From the IMG/VR virus record IMGVR_UViG_3300045988_125296: DNA of 64,000 nucleotides; one strand, written 5' to 3'. Of the stretch, positions 1 through 10,027 are shown piece by piece (the stretch's first letter is position 1; the number at the start of each line of letters is the position of its first letter). The notes under the pieces were generated by a model, which was not told the DNA's origin, made no database searches, and was given only the letters and a program-made list of their open reading frames with translations. This DNA comes from a virus. A program made the position numbers and the translations under genes.

Positions 1-2
1 AT

Positions 3-239
3 GCCAATGGCGAAATTACGAGGACCAATCTTGGTTCGGGTCTTGAAAAATATAAAGCCGAAGTCGAAGTAAATGATGAACAGTTAGCTGTATGGGCTTT
101 ATCGTATAAACGGCATTTAGGAATTCCCATCACTTTCAGCGAAGCCTTGCCCGAACTTAATCGTATCTCAAAAGAACTCGGAGTCCCTGTAAATAATGGA
201 CTTGTTCTTATCGAATATAATAACAGACATTCTAATTAA
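3..239 (+). CDS. 3' end of a CDS starting upstream of the window (hypothetical protein, last 78 aa)
   Basis: Frame 3 is open from the window edge to TAA at 237-239 (ANGEITRTNLGSGLEKYKAEVEV...LIEYNNRHSN*). Absent from the ORF track because it has no in-window start. Confidence 0.45.
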   Translation, partial: ANGEITRTNLGSGLEKYKAEVEVNDEQLAVWALSYKRHLGIPITFSEALPELNRISKELGVPVNNGLVLIEYNNRHSN

Positions 240-258
240 CCCCTATAAACTATATCAC

Positions 259-1680
259 ATGGAAACTAAAAAACTTATCAGCACATTGAAAGGATTTAAA
301 ACTCGCTTTACTAAAAATCCGAATGCAGAACTTGAAAAGAAATCCGTTGAAGGACTTGCCGAATCTTTCGGTGGCAAACTTGAAACGCTTGCAATACTTA
401 AAGAACAAGGATGTGAAGAACTTAAAGAATATGTCAGAGGAGTGTTCGGTATGGCTTTAAGTTCTAAACCGATGGGAAAAGTTGTTTCTGTTGACGAGGA
501 CGGAAAAGAATATGCGTGTGTCAACGGTAAGATTTATACGATTGATACCGTAAAAAAGACCATGAAGAAAGTTTACAAAGACTTTAAGGACATCAGTTTA
601 GCAGACTTGGAAGTTTCTGACAAGGATATGCCGATGACGGTTTACCAAAGATATTTAAGAGATAATTTCCCTAATGAGGACGCTCCTATTAAAAAAGGGA
701 AACTTCATTTTAGAGGTTATCGGATTTCTTGTACGGCAGAAGATGGTTTTGTTGTTGAGGACACCATGAAAAAATATGCTATTGTTGAAACTCCGTTTGA
801 GGGCATCCCTACTCCAAAAGAATTGGGAGATTGGTTCAAAACACCGAAGAATGTTATTGAGTCTTTGAACGAATATCATGAAGCTGTTGAACGTGGAAAG
901 GAACTTGCACGTAAAGCTAAGGAGGAAAAAGAAAGTAAACGTAATGAAGAAGTCGAGATTGATTTTGAAAAACTTCGCAGAAAGGTTTTACGTCTTATCA
1001 AGGATTCACGGTCAAAGACTATTGACGTTGACCCCGAAAAATTTGTGGATATTATACCTTTCAAAAGATGGCAGCGAAAAGTTAAGTCTTTGTTCTCTTT
1101 GTGGAAAAATAGAAAACTTCGTTACAATAAATTCTTGAATGAGGTTGAGAAAATAACAAAAGAAGAAACTTTCGTTATCGAAGAAAAGAAAAATAAAACT
1201 ACTTTTGTCGGCACACTTTTACCTGAACATAAAACGGTGGGTTCTTTAAAAGAAAACAAGATAGAGGTCGATGGTAAATGGGTTGATGCCGTTCCTTTTC
1301 TCTTGGAGTATTTACTCTTTTATGAGAAGAAAGCTATGTATCAAATAATGAAATATGCGGCTGGTGAGATAACGGATATTGAGTTAATAAAAAATCCGAT
1401 TGAGGTCGATAAAAGAATTGAGTATCAGAAAAAAGCTCTTGAAAATACAGCTCATAATGCAAAGGTTTTGTGCATGGTGTACGCACAAGTGGGTATTGTG
1501 GCGCCGCATGATTTATTATTTGAAGCTGACCTTGAAGTTGGAGATAGGATACTTCTTTTTGATGGAGGAAACTTCGTAACAAGAACTATTTCGTCAGTAG
1601 ATAAGGGAATCGTTCTTGGTAAAGATGTTGGTTTACTTAAACTTGACAAATGGATTAAACTTCCAAAGAAGTCAAAATAA
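259..1680 (+). CDS. hypothetical protein (473 aa) with C-terminal SH3/Tudor-like barrel motif
   Basis: ORF 196-1680. The first 21 codons overlap the upstream CDS, so ATG 259 (METKKLIS) is preferred. C-terminus: LEVGDRILLFDGGNFVTRTISSVDKGIVLG. Confidence 0.6.
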   Translation: METKKLISTLKGFKTRFTKNPNAELEKKSVEGLAESFGGKLETLAILKEQGCEELKEYVRGVFGMALSSKPMGKVVSVDEDGKEYACVNGKIYTIDTVKKTMKKVYKDFKDISLADLEVSDKDMPMTVYQRYLRDNFPNEDAPIKKGKLHFRGYRISCTAEDGFVVEDTMKKYAIVETPFEGIPTPKELGDWFKTPKNVIESLNEYHEAVERGKELARKAKEEKESKRNEEVEIDFEKLRRKVLRLIKDSRSKTIDVDPEKFVDIIPFKRWQRKVKSLFSLWKNRKLRYNKFLNEVEKITKEETFVIEEKKNKTTFVGTLLPEHKTVGSLKENKIEVDGKWVDAVPFLLEYLLFYEKKAMYQIMKYAAGEITDIELIKNPIEVDKRIEYQKKALENTAHNAKVLCMVYAQVGIVAPHDLLFEADLEVGDRILLFDGGNFVTRTISSVDKGIVLGKDVGLLKLDKWIKLPKKSK

Positions 1681-1683
1681 ATT

Positions 1684-1702
1684 GGAGGGGAATATCCCCT
1701 CC
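1684..1702 (+). terminator. GC-rich hairpin just after the stop codon (weak terminator candidate)
   Basis: GGAGGGGA-ATA-TCCCCTCC, 8-bp stem. No clear T-tract follows (CTTAAAAT). Confidence 0.3.
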
Positions 1703-1716
1703 CTTAAAATATAAAG

Positions 1717-2022
1717 ATGATGGACGATAAGTTTAATGATAGGATTCTTATTGGTGACTTAGCATGTTTAAGCAAGTTTTCATTTATGAACATCTATGGG
1801 TGTTCCGCAAAGAAATATGACGACTACATTAACTATTTTGGAGTAGATACTCTCATTGTTCTTCTTTGTCGATTGATAAAAGAGATAACAAACAACCATA
1901 TTTATTGTCCGGATAACTTAAAACGAGAAGTCTTACAAATTTATAAACTGAGAATTGTTCAATTAAAACTATACGATTATGAGAAAGACAATTTTATTTT
2001 TAGCTACATTGGTGATGCTTAG
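1717..2022 (+). CDS. hypothetical protein
   Basis: 101-aa ORF on the coding strand. Overlaps the next ORF by 44 nt. No recognisable motif. Confidence 0.4.
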   Translation: MMDDKFNDRILIGDLACLSKFSFMNIYGCSAKKYDDYINYFGVDTLIVLLCRLIKEITNNHIYCPDNLKREVLQIYKLRIVQLKLYDYEKDNFIFSYIGDA

Positions 2023-2401
2023 TGCACACAGTCAAGAGAGTGAGAAAGAAGCATTCAAGAATCTTGTTAGTATGTTTGCTCCCACGGACACAATAGTATT
2101 ACATGATTCGGGCGTGAAGCGTGACAATAATACCTATATGGATGTTTATCGAGTATTCTCTGACTCTGCCGTTGTAGAATTTGAGATGCAATATTGGTAC
2201 TGCGACAGCACTTTTCTTAGAGGGTGTATTTCTCGAAAATGGAGTCGGCGAGAGTACGATTTTATTAGACGTATGAGTCGTGAAGCTAAAAGGGATTTAG
2301 AGAAAGACCGCAAAGAGACGATTGAGTTCCTTAATCGAGAAAGAGCGTCTAAACAAGTGTGGACCTTATTTAAGCTATATGAATTATTAGACTCTAAATG
2401 A
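1979..2401 (+). CDS. secreted hypothetical protein (N-terminal signal peptide)
   Basis: MRKTILFLATLVMLSAHSQE is a typical signal sequence. 140 aa. Confidence 0.55.
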   Translation: MRKTILFLATLVMLSAHSQESEKEAFKNLVSMFAPTDTIVLHDSGVKRDNNTYMDVYRVFSDSAVVEFEMQYWYCDSTFLRGCISRKWSRREYDFIRRMSREAKRDLEKDRKETIEFLNRERASKQVWTLFKLYELLDSK

Positions 2402-2402
2402 T

Positions 2403-2504
2403 ATGTGGGCGTTTATTGGAATATTCTTGGTACTTGCGCTTATGTCCAAGAAAAAATTTTGGAAAACTCTTTTTCTTATTTTGATGATTTTAGCTTTATT
2501 TTGA
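2403..2504 (+). CDS. small membrane peptide (33 aa)
   Basis: Hand-translated: MWAFIGIFLVLALMSKKKFWKTLFLILMILALF*, two hydrophobic stretches. Fills the gap between 2401 and 2506. Below the ORF-track cutoff. Confidence 0.35.
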   Translation: MWAFIGIFLVLALMSKKKFWKTLFLILMILALF

Positions 2505-2505
2505 T

Positions 2506-2814
2506 ATGGAATTAAGAAGTTATAATGTTGAGGCTATTTATTTGGAGTCTGTAAAATGTATTATTGGGGAAGATTTAGGTATTGATAAAGACAAGTTTCG
2601 TCTGAACACTCCCCATATAATAGATATGATTTCTCAGATTAAGACTGAGGACGGTTATGTACATTTGTGCGCTTGTAATAGGCGAAAAGATGATGAGATA
2701 TGGACTCCATATTTACAGATAGTTGAGATGCTTATCCGTATGGGTGCAAAGATTGGTTGTGTAAAATATACGGGTAAATTAAAACCAGAAACTTTAATTA
2801 AAATAACTATTTGA
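2506..2814 (+). CDS. hypothetical protein
   Basis: 102-aa ORF, tightly packed, no recognised motif. Confidence 0.45.
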   Translation: MELRSYNVEAIYLESVKCIIGEDLGIDKDKFRLNTPHIIDMISQIKTEDGYVHLCACNRRKDDEIWTPYLQIVEMLIRMGAKIGCVKYTGKLKPETLIKITI

Positions 2815-2824
2815 GATTGATGAT

Positions 2825-3115
2825 ATGGCAAGAATAATGAAAGCTGTTGACACTTCTGAGGAAGTTGTTGAATTTGAGAAAGTGCGTAAAATGGTGCGTA
2901 AAGAAATTGAAAAAAGATATGGTAGTGTTGCTAAATTTCTAAAATCTGAAAAAGGAAAAGAATTTGGAGGGTTTAAGATTAAGATTTACTTGTACGATGC
3001 AGGACCTGTTAATTTTGATGTCATTAGTAAACTATCTAAATTTTTGGGTATTGGCGAGTTAACTCGTAAAATTGTTGTGACTCGGAATGTTTCGTATTTC
3101 TTAAAGTTGTCATAA
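2825..3115 (+). CDS. hypothetical protein, possible helix-turn-helix regulator
   Basis: 96-aa ORF. The segment VNFDVISKLSKFLGIGELTRKI looks HTH-like. Weak evidence. Confidence 0.4.
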   Translation: MARIMKAVDTSEEVVEFEKVRKMVRKEIEKRYGSVAKFLKSEKGKEFGGFKIKIYLYDAGPVNFDVISKLSKFLGIGELTRKIVVTRNVSYFLKLS

Positions 3116-3155
3116 TTTAAGGTTGATTTTTTTCGGGAGTTCAAAAAATGTTTTA

Positions 3156-3163
3156 TATTTTTG
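3156..3163 (+). promoter_or_regulatory. candidate Bacteroidota-type -7 promoter box (TAnnTTTG)
   Basis: TATTTTTG lies in the 86-nt gap upstream of ATG 3202. No good TTTG -33 element at the expected spacing. Confidence 0.25.
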
Positions 3164-3201
3164 CAGAAGTGTAGGAGGTTTAACCAGTTAAGAATTAGAT
3201 T

Positions 3202-4326
3202 ATGAAAAAGGAAAAACAAGTTCGCTCTTATAAACGGAGAACTAAATCAGGAAAAATAATTACTGTTAAGGCACATACTGCAAAGTATGAAGCTGCTGAT
3301 GAAAAGGCAAAGAAGTCCTCTAAAAAAGAAGGTGCTGGTAAAGAACTTGAAGAACGCAAGAAGAAACCTGTTCAGTTGGAAATTCCTTTTGATAAAGAGG
3401 AGGAAAAGAAAGTCCTTGAAGAAGTTAAGGAGACTGCTAAATCCGAGAAACCTACTGCAAAGAAAACTACCAAGAAAGTTCGTCCAGTGGGCGGTGGAAC
3501 AGTTGGTCCGGAACCTAAGAAAAAGAAATCCCCAACAGGCTCAACCAATGATGACCAAGCTGTAATCAATTTCATGGAGAGCACTTATCATGTCCATTAT
3601 AATCCTAAGACAGGTAAGTTTGACTACGCTCTTACGGGTAGACAAACTAAAACGAGAAGTGTGACTATGGAGAATGCCAGAAAATCTTTACGTGAGCATC
3701 AGGCATACCTTTCTAAGTTAAAGAGTAGAGACAATCTAACTCCTGCTGATAAGGATTCCTTGTCTAAGGCAAGAAAGGGAGGGTATATGCCCACTAAGGG
3801 GAAGTCTCTTGAAAGTGGGGTTTCTACAACTAAAAAGACAACCAAGACTACGCCTAAATCTACAACTTCCGAGCCTGCATTTACGGCTGCTGAATTTAAG
3901 GAGTGGTATCGTGGTACAGGAAGTGCTGCCGATAAGAAAGTTGCCAAAGCATTACGTGCGCAATTAGGGCGTTCAGGTTATCGTAAATTTGAAGATGAGG
4001 CTATTGACAACTATTCTTCTCGTGGGCATCTTTCAATGTTCAAGCGTGTAAGCGGTGGAAGCTCTGCGTCAACAAAGAGTAATGGCAGTAAAGGGACGAA
4101 AGCAGTTAAAGACATTGAGAATTTAAAGTCAAATTGGGCGGATGCTAAACCTGTACGGATTGACAAAAATACGTGGAGACCCTCTAATTTTAAGAATGAT
4201 ACAAGTGGAGCATACGATATGGTATCTAAGGAAGCTACTGAGCGATTAATTGCTTCACAGATAAAGAAAGCTGGAAAATCTAAGAGTGGAGTGAGGAAAA
4301 ATTCTGGAAGAAAATTATCATCCTGA
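3202..4326 (+). CDS. lysine-rich basic protein carrying the N-terminal K-SGK hairpin-like motif
   Basis: 374 aa, K/T/S-rich low complexity. The N-terminus VRSYKRRTKSGKIITVKAHT matches the N-terminus of ORF 13948. Confidence 0.6.
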   Translation: MKKEKQVRSYKRRTKSGKIITVKAHTAKYEAADEKAKKSSKKEGAGKELEERKKKPVQLEIPFDKEEEKKVLEEVKETAKSEKPTAKKTTKKVRPVGGGTVGPEPKKKKSPTGSTNDDQAVINFMESTYHVHYNPKTGKFDYALTGRQTKTRSVTMENARKSLREHQAYLSKLKSRDNLTPADKDSLSKARKGGYMPTKGKSLESGVSTTKKTTKTTPKSTTSEPAFTAAEFKEWYRGTGSAADKKVAKALRAQLGRSGYRKFEDEAIDNYSSRGHLSMFKRVSGGSSASTKSNGSKGTKAVKDIENLKSNWADAKPVRIDKNTWRPSNFKNDTSGAYDMVSKEATERLIASQIKKAGKSKSGVRKNSGRKLSS

Positions 4327-4487
4327 CGGAAGTGTAACTATAAAGACTGATAAAACCAGAAATAATCCTTATATTAGAGAAAAGAATAATTGGGAAATTG
4401 ATTAGAATTTATACTAAGATAAAGATGAAGTTCGTAGGTAGGCTATTAAATAGGATTTGTTAGTATGGATAAATTCATCTATATTTG

Positions 4488-4522
4488 TAGGTGAGCATTA
4501 GTAATGGTGTTCACCTATTTTT
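4488..4522 (+). terminator. rho-independent terminator candidate
   Basis: TAGGTGA ... TCACCTA 7-bp stem followed by TTTTT (4518-4522). Lies in a 215-nt non-coding gap after ORF 3202-4326. Confidence 0.5.
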
Positions 4523-4523
4523 G
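4516..4523 (+). promoter_or_regulatory. candidate -7 box TAnnTTTG overlapping the terminator T-tract
   Basis: TATTTTTG, 19 nt upstream of ATG 4542. Same octamer as at 3156. Confidence 0.25.
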
Positions 4524-4541
4524 TACCTAATAGAATGGCTA

Positions 4542-4754
4542 ATGCAGATAGTGTCCTCTAATATAAAGACTGCGGATTATAACCGTACAAAAAAGGAATT
4601 GACTATGACCTTTATAAATAGACCTCGATGGGTATATATATATTATAAAGTTCCTCCGAGGATATGGATTGAGTTTGTTAGGTCATCTTCTAAGGGACAA
4701 TACTTTTCAGAGATAATAAGAAATACGTTTACCTTTAAGAAAATTGTGCGTTGA
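4542..4754 (+). CDS. KTSC domain protein
   Basis: SSNIKTADYNRTKKELTMTF...WVYIYYKVPPRIWIEFVRSSSKGQYFSEIIRNTFTFKK fits the KTSC (PF13619) pattern recalled from memory. The track start 4491 is a GTG inside the terminator hairpin, so ATG 4542 is preferred. Confidence 0.6.
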   Translation: MQIVSSNIKTADYNRTKKELTMTFINRPRWVYIYYKVPPRIWIEFVRSSSKGQYFSEIIRNTFTFKKIVR

Positions 4755-4755
4755 T

Positions 4756-5088
4756 ATGGAAAAGAGCGTTCATGTAAAAGGACATTATAGAAACGGAAAG
4801 TATGTCAAATCGTACAATTATATGCGTACTTTTAAAGAACCCTCATTTCGTAGAAATATAGGTAAATCTTATGCTGATGACGTAAGAAGAAAGATTATAG
4901 CCCTTAGAAAGTACTCCGATTTTCAGTCTCCGGAATATCAATTTGCAATGGACTATATCGAGAAAGAATGCCCCGAAGTAGCCTATATAATAGGTGATAG
5001 TAAAGGAAAAACAAAGTCTCCCTTGAAAATAACCAAAGACATATACGACAAGGTTAATTACGCTTATAACATCTTATATTCAAAATAA
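4756..5088 (+). CDS. basic hypothetical protein, weaker copy of the N-terminal basic motif
   Basis: The track start 4744 is TTG; ATG 4756 gives MEKSVHVKGHYRNGKYVKSYNYMR. Confidence 0.5.
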   Translation: MEKSVHVKGHYRNGKYVKSYNYMRTFKEPSFRRNIGKSYADDVRRKIIALRKYSDFQSPEYQFAMDYIEKECPEVAYIIGDSKGKTKSPLKITKDIYDKVNYAYNILYSK

Positions 5089-5094
5089 TAGACT

Positions 5095-5625
5095 ATGAAT
5101 ACTGTAACAAGAATTTTCGAGTTTGATGCAGCTCACAGAGTTATGCACGAAAAGGTGAAGTGTTTTAATCTTCACGGCCACCGTTTTAAGATTGAAGCTA
5201 CTTTTGAATATGATTCTAAGGGTGCGCTTGGATACGCAATCGACTTTAAGGAGATAAAACGTATTGTTGGTGCTTGGATTGATGAGAAATTAGACCACGC
5301 TTGTATTTTAAATCCGTATGATGAGCAGTTAATAATGCTATGCCGAAATTATGAATGGCGTTTATACATTATGGGTATGGGAACTTACGGAGATATAAAT
5401 CCGTCTGCCGAAAATTTAGCCTCTGAATTATTCTATACGATAAGGCAACTTTTTATCAAAGATTCGTTAGGAGTAACTCTCTCGAAGTTACGTTTGTATG
5501 AGACACCTAATTGTTGGGTTGAAACCAATGGATTCGATTATGTAGCGTCTGATGGTTACCTTAAAGATTTATCGAAGTGGAGGAGTGAAAAAGGGGAATT
5601 TAATTATGATATAAGAAATGAATAA
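5095..5625 (+). CDS. queD: 6-carboxy-5,6,7,8-tetrahydropterin synthase (QueD)
   Basis: FEFDAAHRV...KCFNLHGHRFKIE shows the QueD/PTPS Cx3HGH and AAH signatures. 176 aa. Confidence 0.85.
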   Translation: MNTVTRIFEFDAAHRVMHEKVKCFNLHGHRFKIEATFEYDSKGALGYAIDFKEIKRIVGAWIDEKLDHACILNPYDEQLIMLCRNYEWRLYIMGMGTYGDINPSAENLASELFYTIRQLFIKDSLGVTLSKLRLYETPNCWVETNGFDYVASDGYLKDLSKWRSEKGEFNYDIRNE

Positions 5626-5627
5626 CT

Positions 5628-7283
5628 ATGCCAGTTAGGAAAAAAATTATTCCAAAAGAGGAAGGGTATGTTTTTCCGTCTACTGGGAAAAAATTTACCG
5701 AGGAGGAGGTAACCTCTGCTTTTGAGGGTAAATCTGTATCTTTTGATGCACACGATATTACCTCTAAGATAATCGAGTTTGGGAAGATTCTAACAGGTAT
5801 CTCCCTTTACAGTTACCAGATAGAAGCTGTTTATGCGATTATCTATTCAGTAATAACGTTTTCGGGTGACGTTAAGACTCTATTGTTTAGTAGACAATCA
5901 GGGAAGTCTGAGGCAATAGCCTTTGTTATTGATACGCTTTGTGTATTGTTACCGTCACTTGGAAAAATCATTCCCGACTTGGAGCAGTTCAGTATGGGTT
6001 TCCGTGTTGGTTTGTTTGCCCCTCAATCGGACCAAGTTCAGACTACTTATTCTCGTGCGATGACAAGAATAAATTCCGCAAATGCGGAAATGGTATTGGC
6101 AGACCCAGATATTGATGTCTATCTTGAAAGTACGGCAAGACTTGAATTAAGTAATGGCTCATACCTTGCAGGACAAGTAGCGAGTAAACAATCTAAGATT
6201 GAGTCAAAGACATACGACCTCGTTATTGTTGAGGAGGCACAAGATGTGGACGACCTTATCGTGAGTAAGTCTATCGAGCCTATGCTTTCTTCTACGGCTG
6301 GTACTTTAATTAAAGTGGGTACTACGGGTATGTATAAGAATCATTTTTGGTATGAGATTCAACATAATAGACAAATTGACCGTAAGATAAAAGACTCACG
6401 TATTAGGAATCATTTTGAGTTTGACTATAAGCGTATTATAAGAGATAGACGTGAGCAGTATGAAAAGGACGGTAAACGTTTCCACTTAAATTATGAGGCT
6501 GATATTCTTCGTAAAAAAGCTCGTTGGGGTGAAGATTCTCAGGCGTTTAAGTTATCATACGCTTTGATTTGGGATTTAGAGAGTGGTATGCTTCTTACGG
6601 ATAAGGAATACAACTCCATTATAAATCGTAAATTAGGTTTTCAGTCTCCGTCAACTACTGATGTTGTAATAGCCGGATTGGACATTGGTAAATCTCCTGC
6701 TGAGACGGTATTGACAATCGGGAAAAAGTTTTACCTTGATGATTCTTTTGATAGACCCTATAAACAAATTCTTGCTTGGGTGGCTCTTGGTGGATTGGAC
6801 TATGAGGCCCAACATCATATAATCTTGGATTGTATTGTGGAATTTAATATTTCTGTTATATTTGCGGATTATACGGGTGTCGGTAAAGCTGTTGTCGATA
6901 GGCTTATGTATGCGTGCGGAGAATATGTCGATATTGTTCCTTATACGTTTACTCCACAGAGTAAATCGGATATGTGGTTTAACTTTGTCTCGGATATTCA
7001 GACAAGGCACTTAATTGTTCCGGCTAATCCAAAAGTTCGGGCTACCACAGAGTACATGAAATTTGAAGAACAGATGAAGAATTGCCAGAAGTATTTTAAC
7101 GGGGCTTACATGGTATGTGAGAAATCTGATGGATATTTTGACGACTTTGTAGATAGTTGCGCTCTTATGAGTATGGCTGCTAATGAGGAGCAAAGAGTTG
7201 ATGAAGAAATGGAAGTTTCTCAAAATTCTCTTTACAGTGGAGTTACTGATACTATAAACGCAATTAGAAGAAATTCTTATTAG
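5628..7283 (+). CDS. terL: terminase large subunit
   Basis: Walker A-like LFSRQSGKSEA and Walker B YDLVIVEEAQD. C-terminal RNaseH-like nuclease acidic motifs (AGLDIGK, FADYTGVG, DDFVDS). Sits directly upstream of the portal gene. Confidence 0.85.
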   Translation: MPVRKKIIPKEEGYVFPSTGKKFTEEEVTSAFEGKSVSFDAHDITSKIIEFGKILTGISLYSYQIEAVYAIIYSVITFSGDVKTLLFSRQSGKSEAIAFVIDTLCVLLPSLGKIIPDLEQFSMGFRVGLFAPQSDQVQTTYSRAMTRINSANAEMVLADPDIDVYLESTARLELSNGSYLAGQVASKQSKIESKTYDLVIVEEAQDVDDLIVSKSIEPMLSSTAGTLIKVGTTGMYKNHFWYEIQHNRQIDRKIKDSRIRNHFEFDYKRIIRDRREQYEKDGKRFHLNYEADILRKKARWGEDSQAFKLSYALIWDLESGMLLTDKEYNSIINRKLGFQSPSTTDVVIAGLDIGKSPAETVLTIGKKFYLDDSFDRPYKQILAWVALGGLDYEAQHHIILDCIVEFNISVIFADYTGVGKAVVDRLMYACGEYVDIVPYTFTPQSKSDMWFNFVSDIQTRHLIVPANPKVRATTEYMKFEEQMKNCQKYFNGAYMVCEKSDGYFDDFVDSCALMSMAANEEQRVDEEMEVSQNSLYSGVTDTINAIRRNSY

Positions 7284-7311
7284 TATGGATTGCACAAATT
7301 TATGAGGTATT

Positions 7312-8925
7312 ATGGGAATAGATGTAGGTGGTATGAACCCTACCGGCGTTGGTAGTTATAATGGCTATCCGGGTTCAAAGTATTGGAATGTTGATAGTCG
7401 GCCTTTAAGTGAGGCTACGAATGTTCTGCGTTCTTTCGTTTTACAGAATATAGTTCAAGATAATCAGTGGGAAATTGATAGAATTACCAAATACTATTTG
7501 TATTGGAAGTTCTATGAGGGAATGCACTACAAGGATTTTAACGATGGATTGCTTTCATTTAATTATATACGAGCATTTATTGATAAGGTCAATATGTTTC
7601 TTCTCGGAGACGAAGCATTTACTTTTCATGTTAAGAGCTTTTATACTACGCAAATAGATACGGAAGTTGAAAAACTTGCCGAAGAATTGATGATGTACCA
7701 TTGGGGAAAATCTCACAAATTGCAGCTTGCTTATGAGATTTTACAGATGGGAAGTATTACGGGTGACGCTTGGCTTGGTGTAGAGTGGATGCCTGACGAA
7801 ACAGATAGATACTGTCGTGTAAGTGTTTTTGATAGTAGACAATGTTTTGTCACTTTTGTAAATGGCGATTATAGTAACGTGGAGTCGTTTATGGTTAGAC
7901 AACCTCTCGACCAAAATGGAAGTAATAGTCAAACCAAGTATAGATTGTTTGTTCAAAGATGGACAAATAAGAAAGTAGAGACTTGGTATCAAAAAGATGT
8001 TTCTATCGAAGAAAATAAAGTAGCCAAATATGACCATCATACTTATAAGAATAAGTACGGTTTTATTCCTATGGTGCATATAAAGAATCGCCCAAATTCT
8101 GCCGGCTATTACGGTAAGTCTGATGCAAATGACATACTTAAAATAAATAAGGTATATAATGAAATTATGCAGCAATTAAAAGCTGTTATCGATTATCATG
8201 TTACACCTACCACTGTAATTACGGGTGCTTCGGCTAAGTCACTGAAAAAAGGTCTCGGACAAATATGGTCGGGACTTCCTGCCGAAGCTAATGTATTTAA
8301 TCTTGGTTTGGATGTAGATTTATCCGCTACTGTAAACTTTGCGAAAGACTTAAAAACAGCAATGCATGAACTTTCAGATGTGCCGGAAAATGCTCTTGGT
8401 AAGATACAGGCTATAAGTAACACTTCTGCTGCGGCATTACAGATTACTTATCACCCCCTCATACAACAAGCTAATATCAAGGCTATGACTTATGGGGAGG
8501 GCATTTCTGAGTTAAACAGTATGATTTTAAGGATACTCGATATTGAAGACCCAGAAAATGAAAGACTCCTTAAATTACATGAGCTTTCTCCTAATTTTTT
8601 ATCTGAGATGAGAATTGAGCCTGTTTTCGCTTATGGTTTTCCGAAGGATAAAACTGATGAGCTTAATCGTGCTCAAATGGAACTTAATATGAAACTAAGT
8701 TCTCGAAAAGAAATTATGGAGAGAATGGGTAAACAGAATATTCCTGAATTACTTGATGAAATTGACGAAGATTTGATACATTTAGGTATTGTTCAAGCCA
8801 AGATAGCCGAATTAGCTGGAAGTTTAATGCAACAATCTCCTAATGAATCTTCTGAACAAAACGCAGGACCTTTCGAAGGTGAAGAAAATGAAGAAGGTGA
8901 AGAAAACGAGGAAATCGAAGAATAA
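7312..8925 (+). CDS. portal protein
   Basis: 537 aa, immediately after terL. Size and position are typical of a portal. Acidic C-terminal tail EGEENEEGEENEEIEE is encoded by a 2 x 18-nt repeat. Confidence 0.7.
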   Translation: MGIDVGGMNPTGVGSYNGYPGSKYWNVDSRPLSEATNVLRSFVLQNIVQDNQWEIDRITKYYLYWKFYEGMHYKDFNDGLLSFNYIRAFIDKVNMFLLGDEAFTFHVKSFYTTQIDTEVEKLAEELMMYHWGKSHKLQLAYEILQMGSITGDAWLGVEWMPDETDRYCRVSVFDSRQCFVTFVNGDYSNVESFMVRQPLDQNGSNSQTKYRLFVQRWTNKKVETWYQKDVSIEENKVAKYDHHTYKNKYGFIPMVHIKNRPNSAGYYGKSDANDILKINKVYNEIMQQLKAVIDYHVTPTTVITGASAKSLKKGLGQIWSGLPAEANVFNLGLDVDLSATVNFAKDLKTAMHELSDVPENALGKIQAISNTSAAALQITYHPLIQQANIKAMTYGEGISELNSMILRILDIEDPENERLLKLHELSPNFLSEMRIEPVFAYGFPKDKTDELNRAQMELNMKLSSRKEIMERMGKQNIPELLDEIDEDLIHLGIVQAKIAELAGSLMQQSPNESSEQNAGPFEGEENEEGEENEEIEE

Positions 8926-9020
8926 AAACTCTTAAATTTTTATTTTTTCTAAAAATGGATTATCTTTGAAACGCTATCAGTAAAAGACTTATATTTATTG
9001 TTAAACTAAAATCAAAAGTT

Positions 9021-9218
9021 ATGGCTGGATTACAAACATTAGACAAAGGAAATCCCGAAGCCTTGCATGACATCGGGCAAAGTACGCAGAAAATGGTGAG
9101 CGACAATTTTGTCAATCCGGGTACACCGAGTGACCCTCTTGTTAATAGAGACCAGATGACACAGGCTACCATTAAAGGTAACGGTGCAGATGTCTTGAAA
9201 GCGAACATTATTAAGTAA
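9021..9218 (+). CDS. hypothetical small protein
   Basis: 65-aa ORF between the portal and scaffold genes. Confidence 0.4.
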   Translation: MAGLQTLDKGNPEALHDIGQSTQKMVSDNFVNPGTPSDPLVNRDQMTQATIKGNGADVLKANIIK

Positions 9219-9252
9219 AAACATGTTTTAAAACTTTCAATCGTAGAAAATC

Positions 9253-9999
9253 ATGGAAGAACTTATTGAAAATGAGGCAAGAATACCTGAAAGTGTTATA
9301 ATCAATGGCGTTACTTACGTAATTAAAGACACTCCTGAATTGCAGAAATTCATTCAAGAAGTTGCGAAAGTAGAGAAGAACAAATTGTATTCGAAGTACA
9401 AGATGTTGAAACAACAGATAGATTCTTTACAGAGAGTAACACCTACTGGTGGGGTAAATGCCGATGACCTTGTAGATAAGCTAAAAGGTACGTTTATTAC
9501 AGTTGAGGATTTTAAAGAACAACTTCCTTCTGTAATTAAACAAGTTGTTCAGCCCCTCCTAAACGCTTCTGAAAAGCAACAGCATGATGAACTTAATGCG
9601 TATCGGGAAAAACTTATTTCGGAGAATATAACTACTTGTATTCCTGAGTTGGTAAAAGGCGAGACCAAAGAGGAACTGGATGCAGCTTTGAAGGAATCAA
9701 TCCGAATCCGTTCAGCTTATCCCTCGCCAAGTATGAACCCCCAGAAACCTGAGCAACATGTTACAGACCCTCTTATTGAAAGTCAAGCTCAACAGATGGG
9801 GATTCAGGGTATGATTGAACCCACTCCTACACAACAGCGTCAATCTGAAATTCCCGCACCTTCTCCCGTACCTCGAAGAACTTCTCCGGAAGTTACCGAT
9901 GCTTCCAATGTTAAACAGATGACTATGAGCGAGTTTGAAAAACAACGTGACTCACTTAAAGCTCAGTTGGAAAGTATATATGGCGGAGGTTCCCTTTAA
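9253..9999 (+). CDS. putative scaffolding protein
   Basis: 248 aa, predicted coiled-coil N-terminal half and Q/P/S-rich tail. Lies between the portal and major capsid genes. Confidence 0.5.
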   Translation: MEELIENEARIPESVIINGVTYVIKDTPELQKFIQEVAKVEKNKLYSKYKMLKQQIDSLQRVTPTGGVNADDLVDKLKGTFITVEDFKEQLPSVIKQVVQPLLNASEKQQHDELNAYREKLISENITTCIPELVKGETKEELDAALKESIRIRSAYPSPSMNPQKPEQHVTDPLIESQAQQMGIQGMIEPTPTQQRQSEIPAPSPVPRRTSPEVTDASNVKQMTMSEFEKQRDSLKAQLESIYGGGSL

Positions 10000-10027
10000 T
10001 TAAACAGTAAACTAAAAAGAAAAACAA

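Noticed and set aside
196-258. N-terminal extensions suggested by the ORF track: 196 for ORF 259, 4491 for the KTSC gene, 57552 for queC, 57089 for the SpoVS-like gene, 49277 for the Hjc-like gene and 19084 for the sheath gene.
   Set aside because: The extensions overlap upstream genes, run through terminator hairpins or promoter boxes, or begin at non-ATG codons. Internal ATGs give products that begin at the conserved domain.
3287-3565. Alternative-frame + strand ORFs nested in longer genes: 3287-3565, 13390-13668, 15290-15523, 16298-16558, 36849-37079, 37801-38022, 38590-38937, 47486-47809, 49377-49673 and 53349-53537.
   Set aside because: They are fully contained in better-supported ORFs. 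Their products are compositionally biased and lack motifs.
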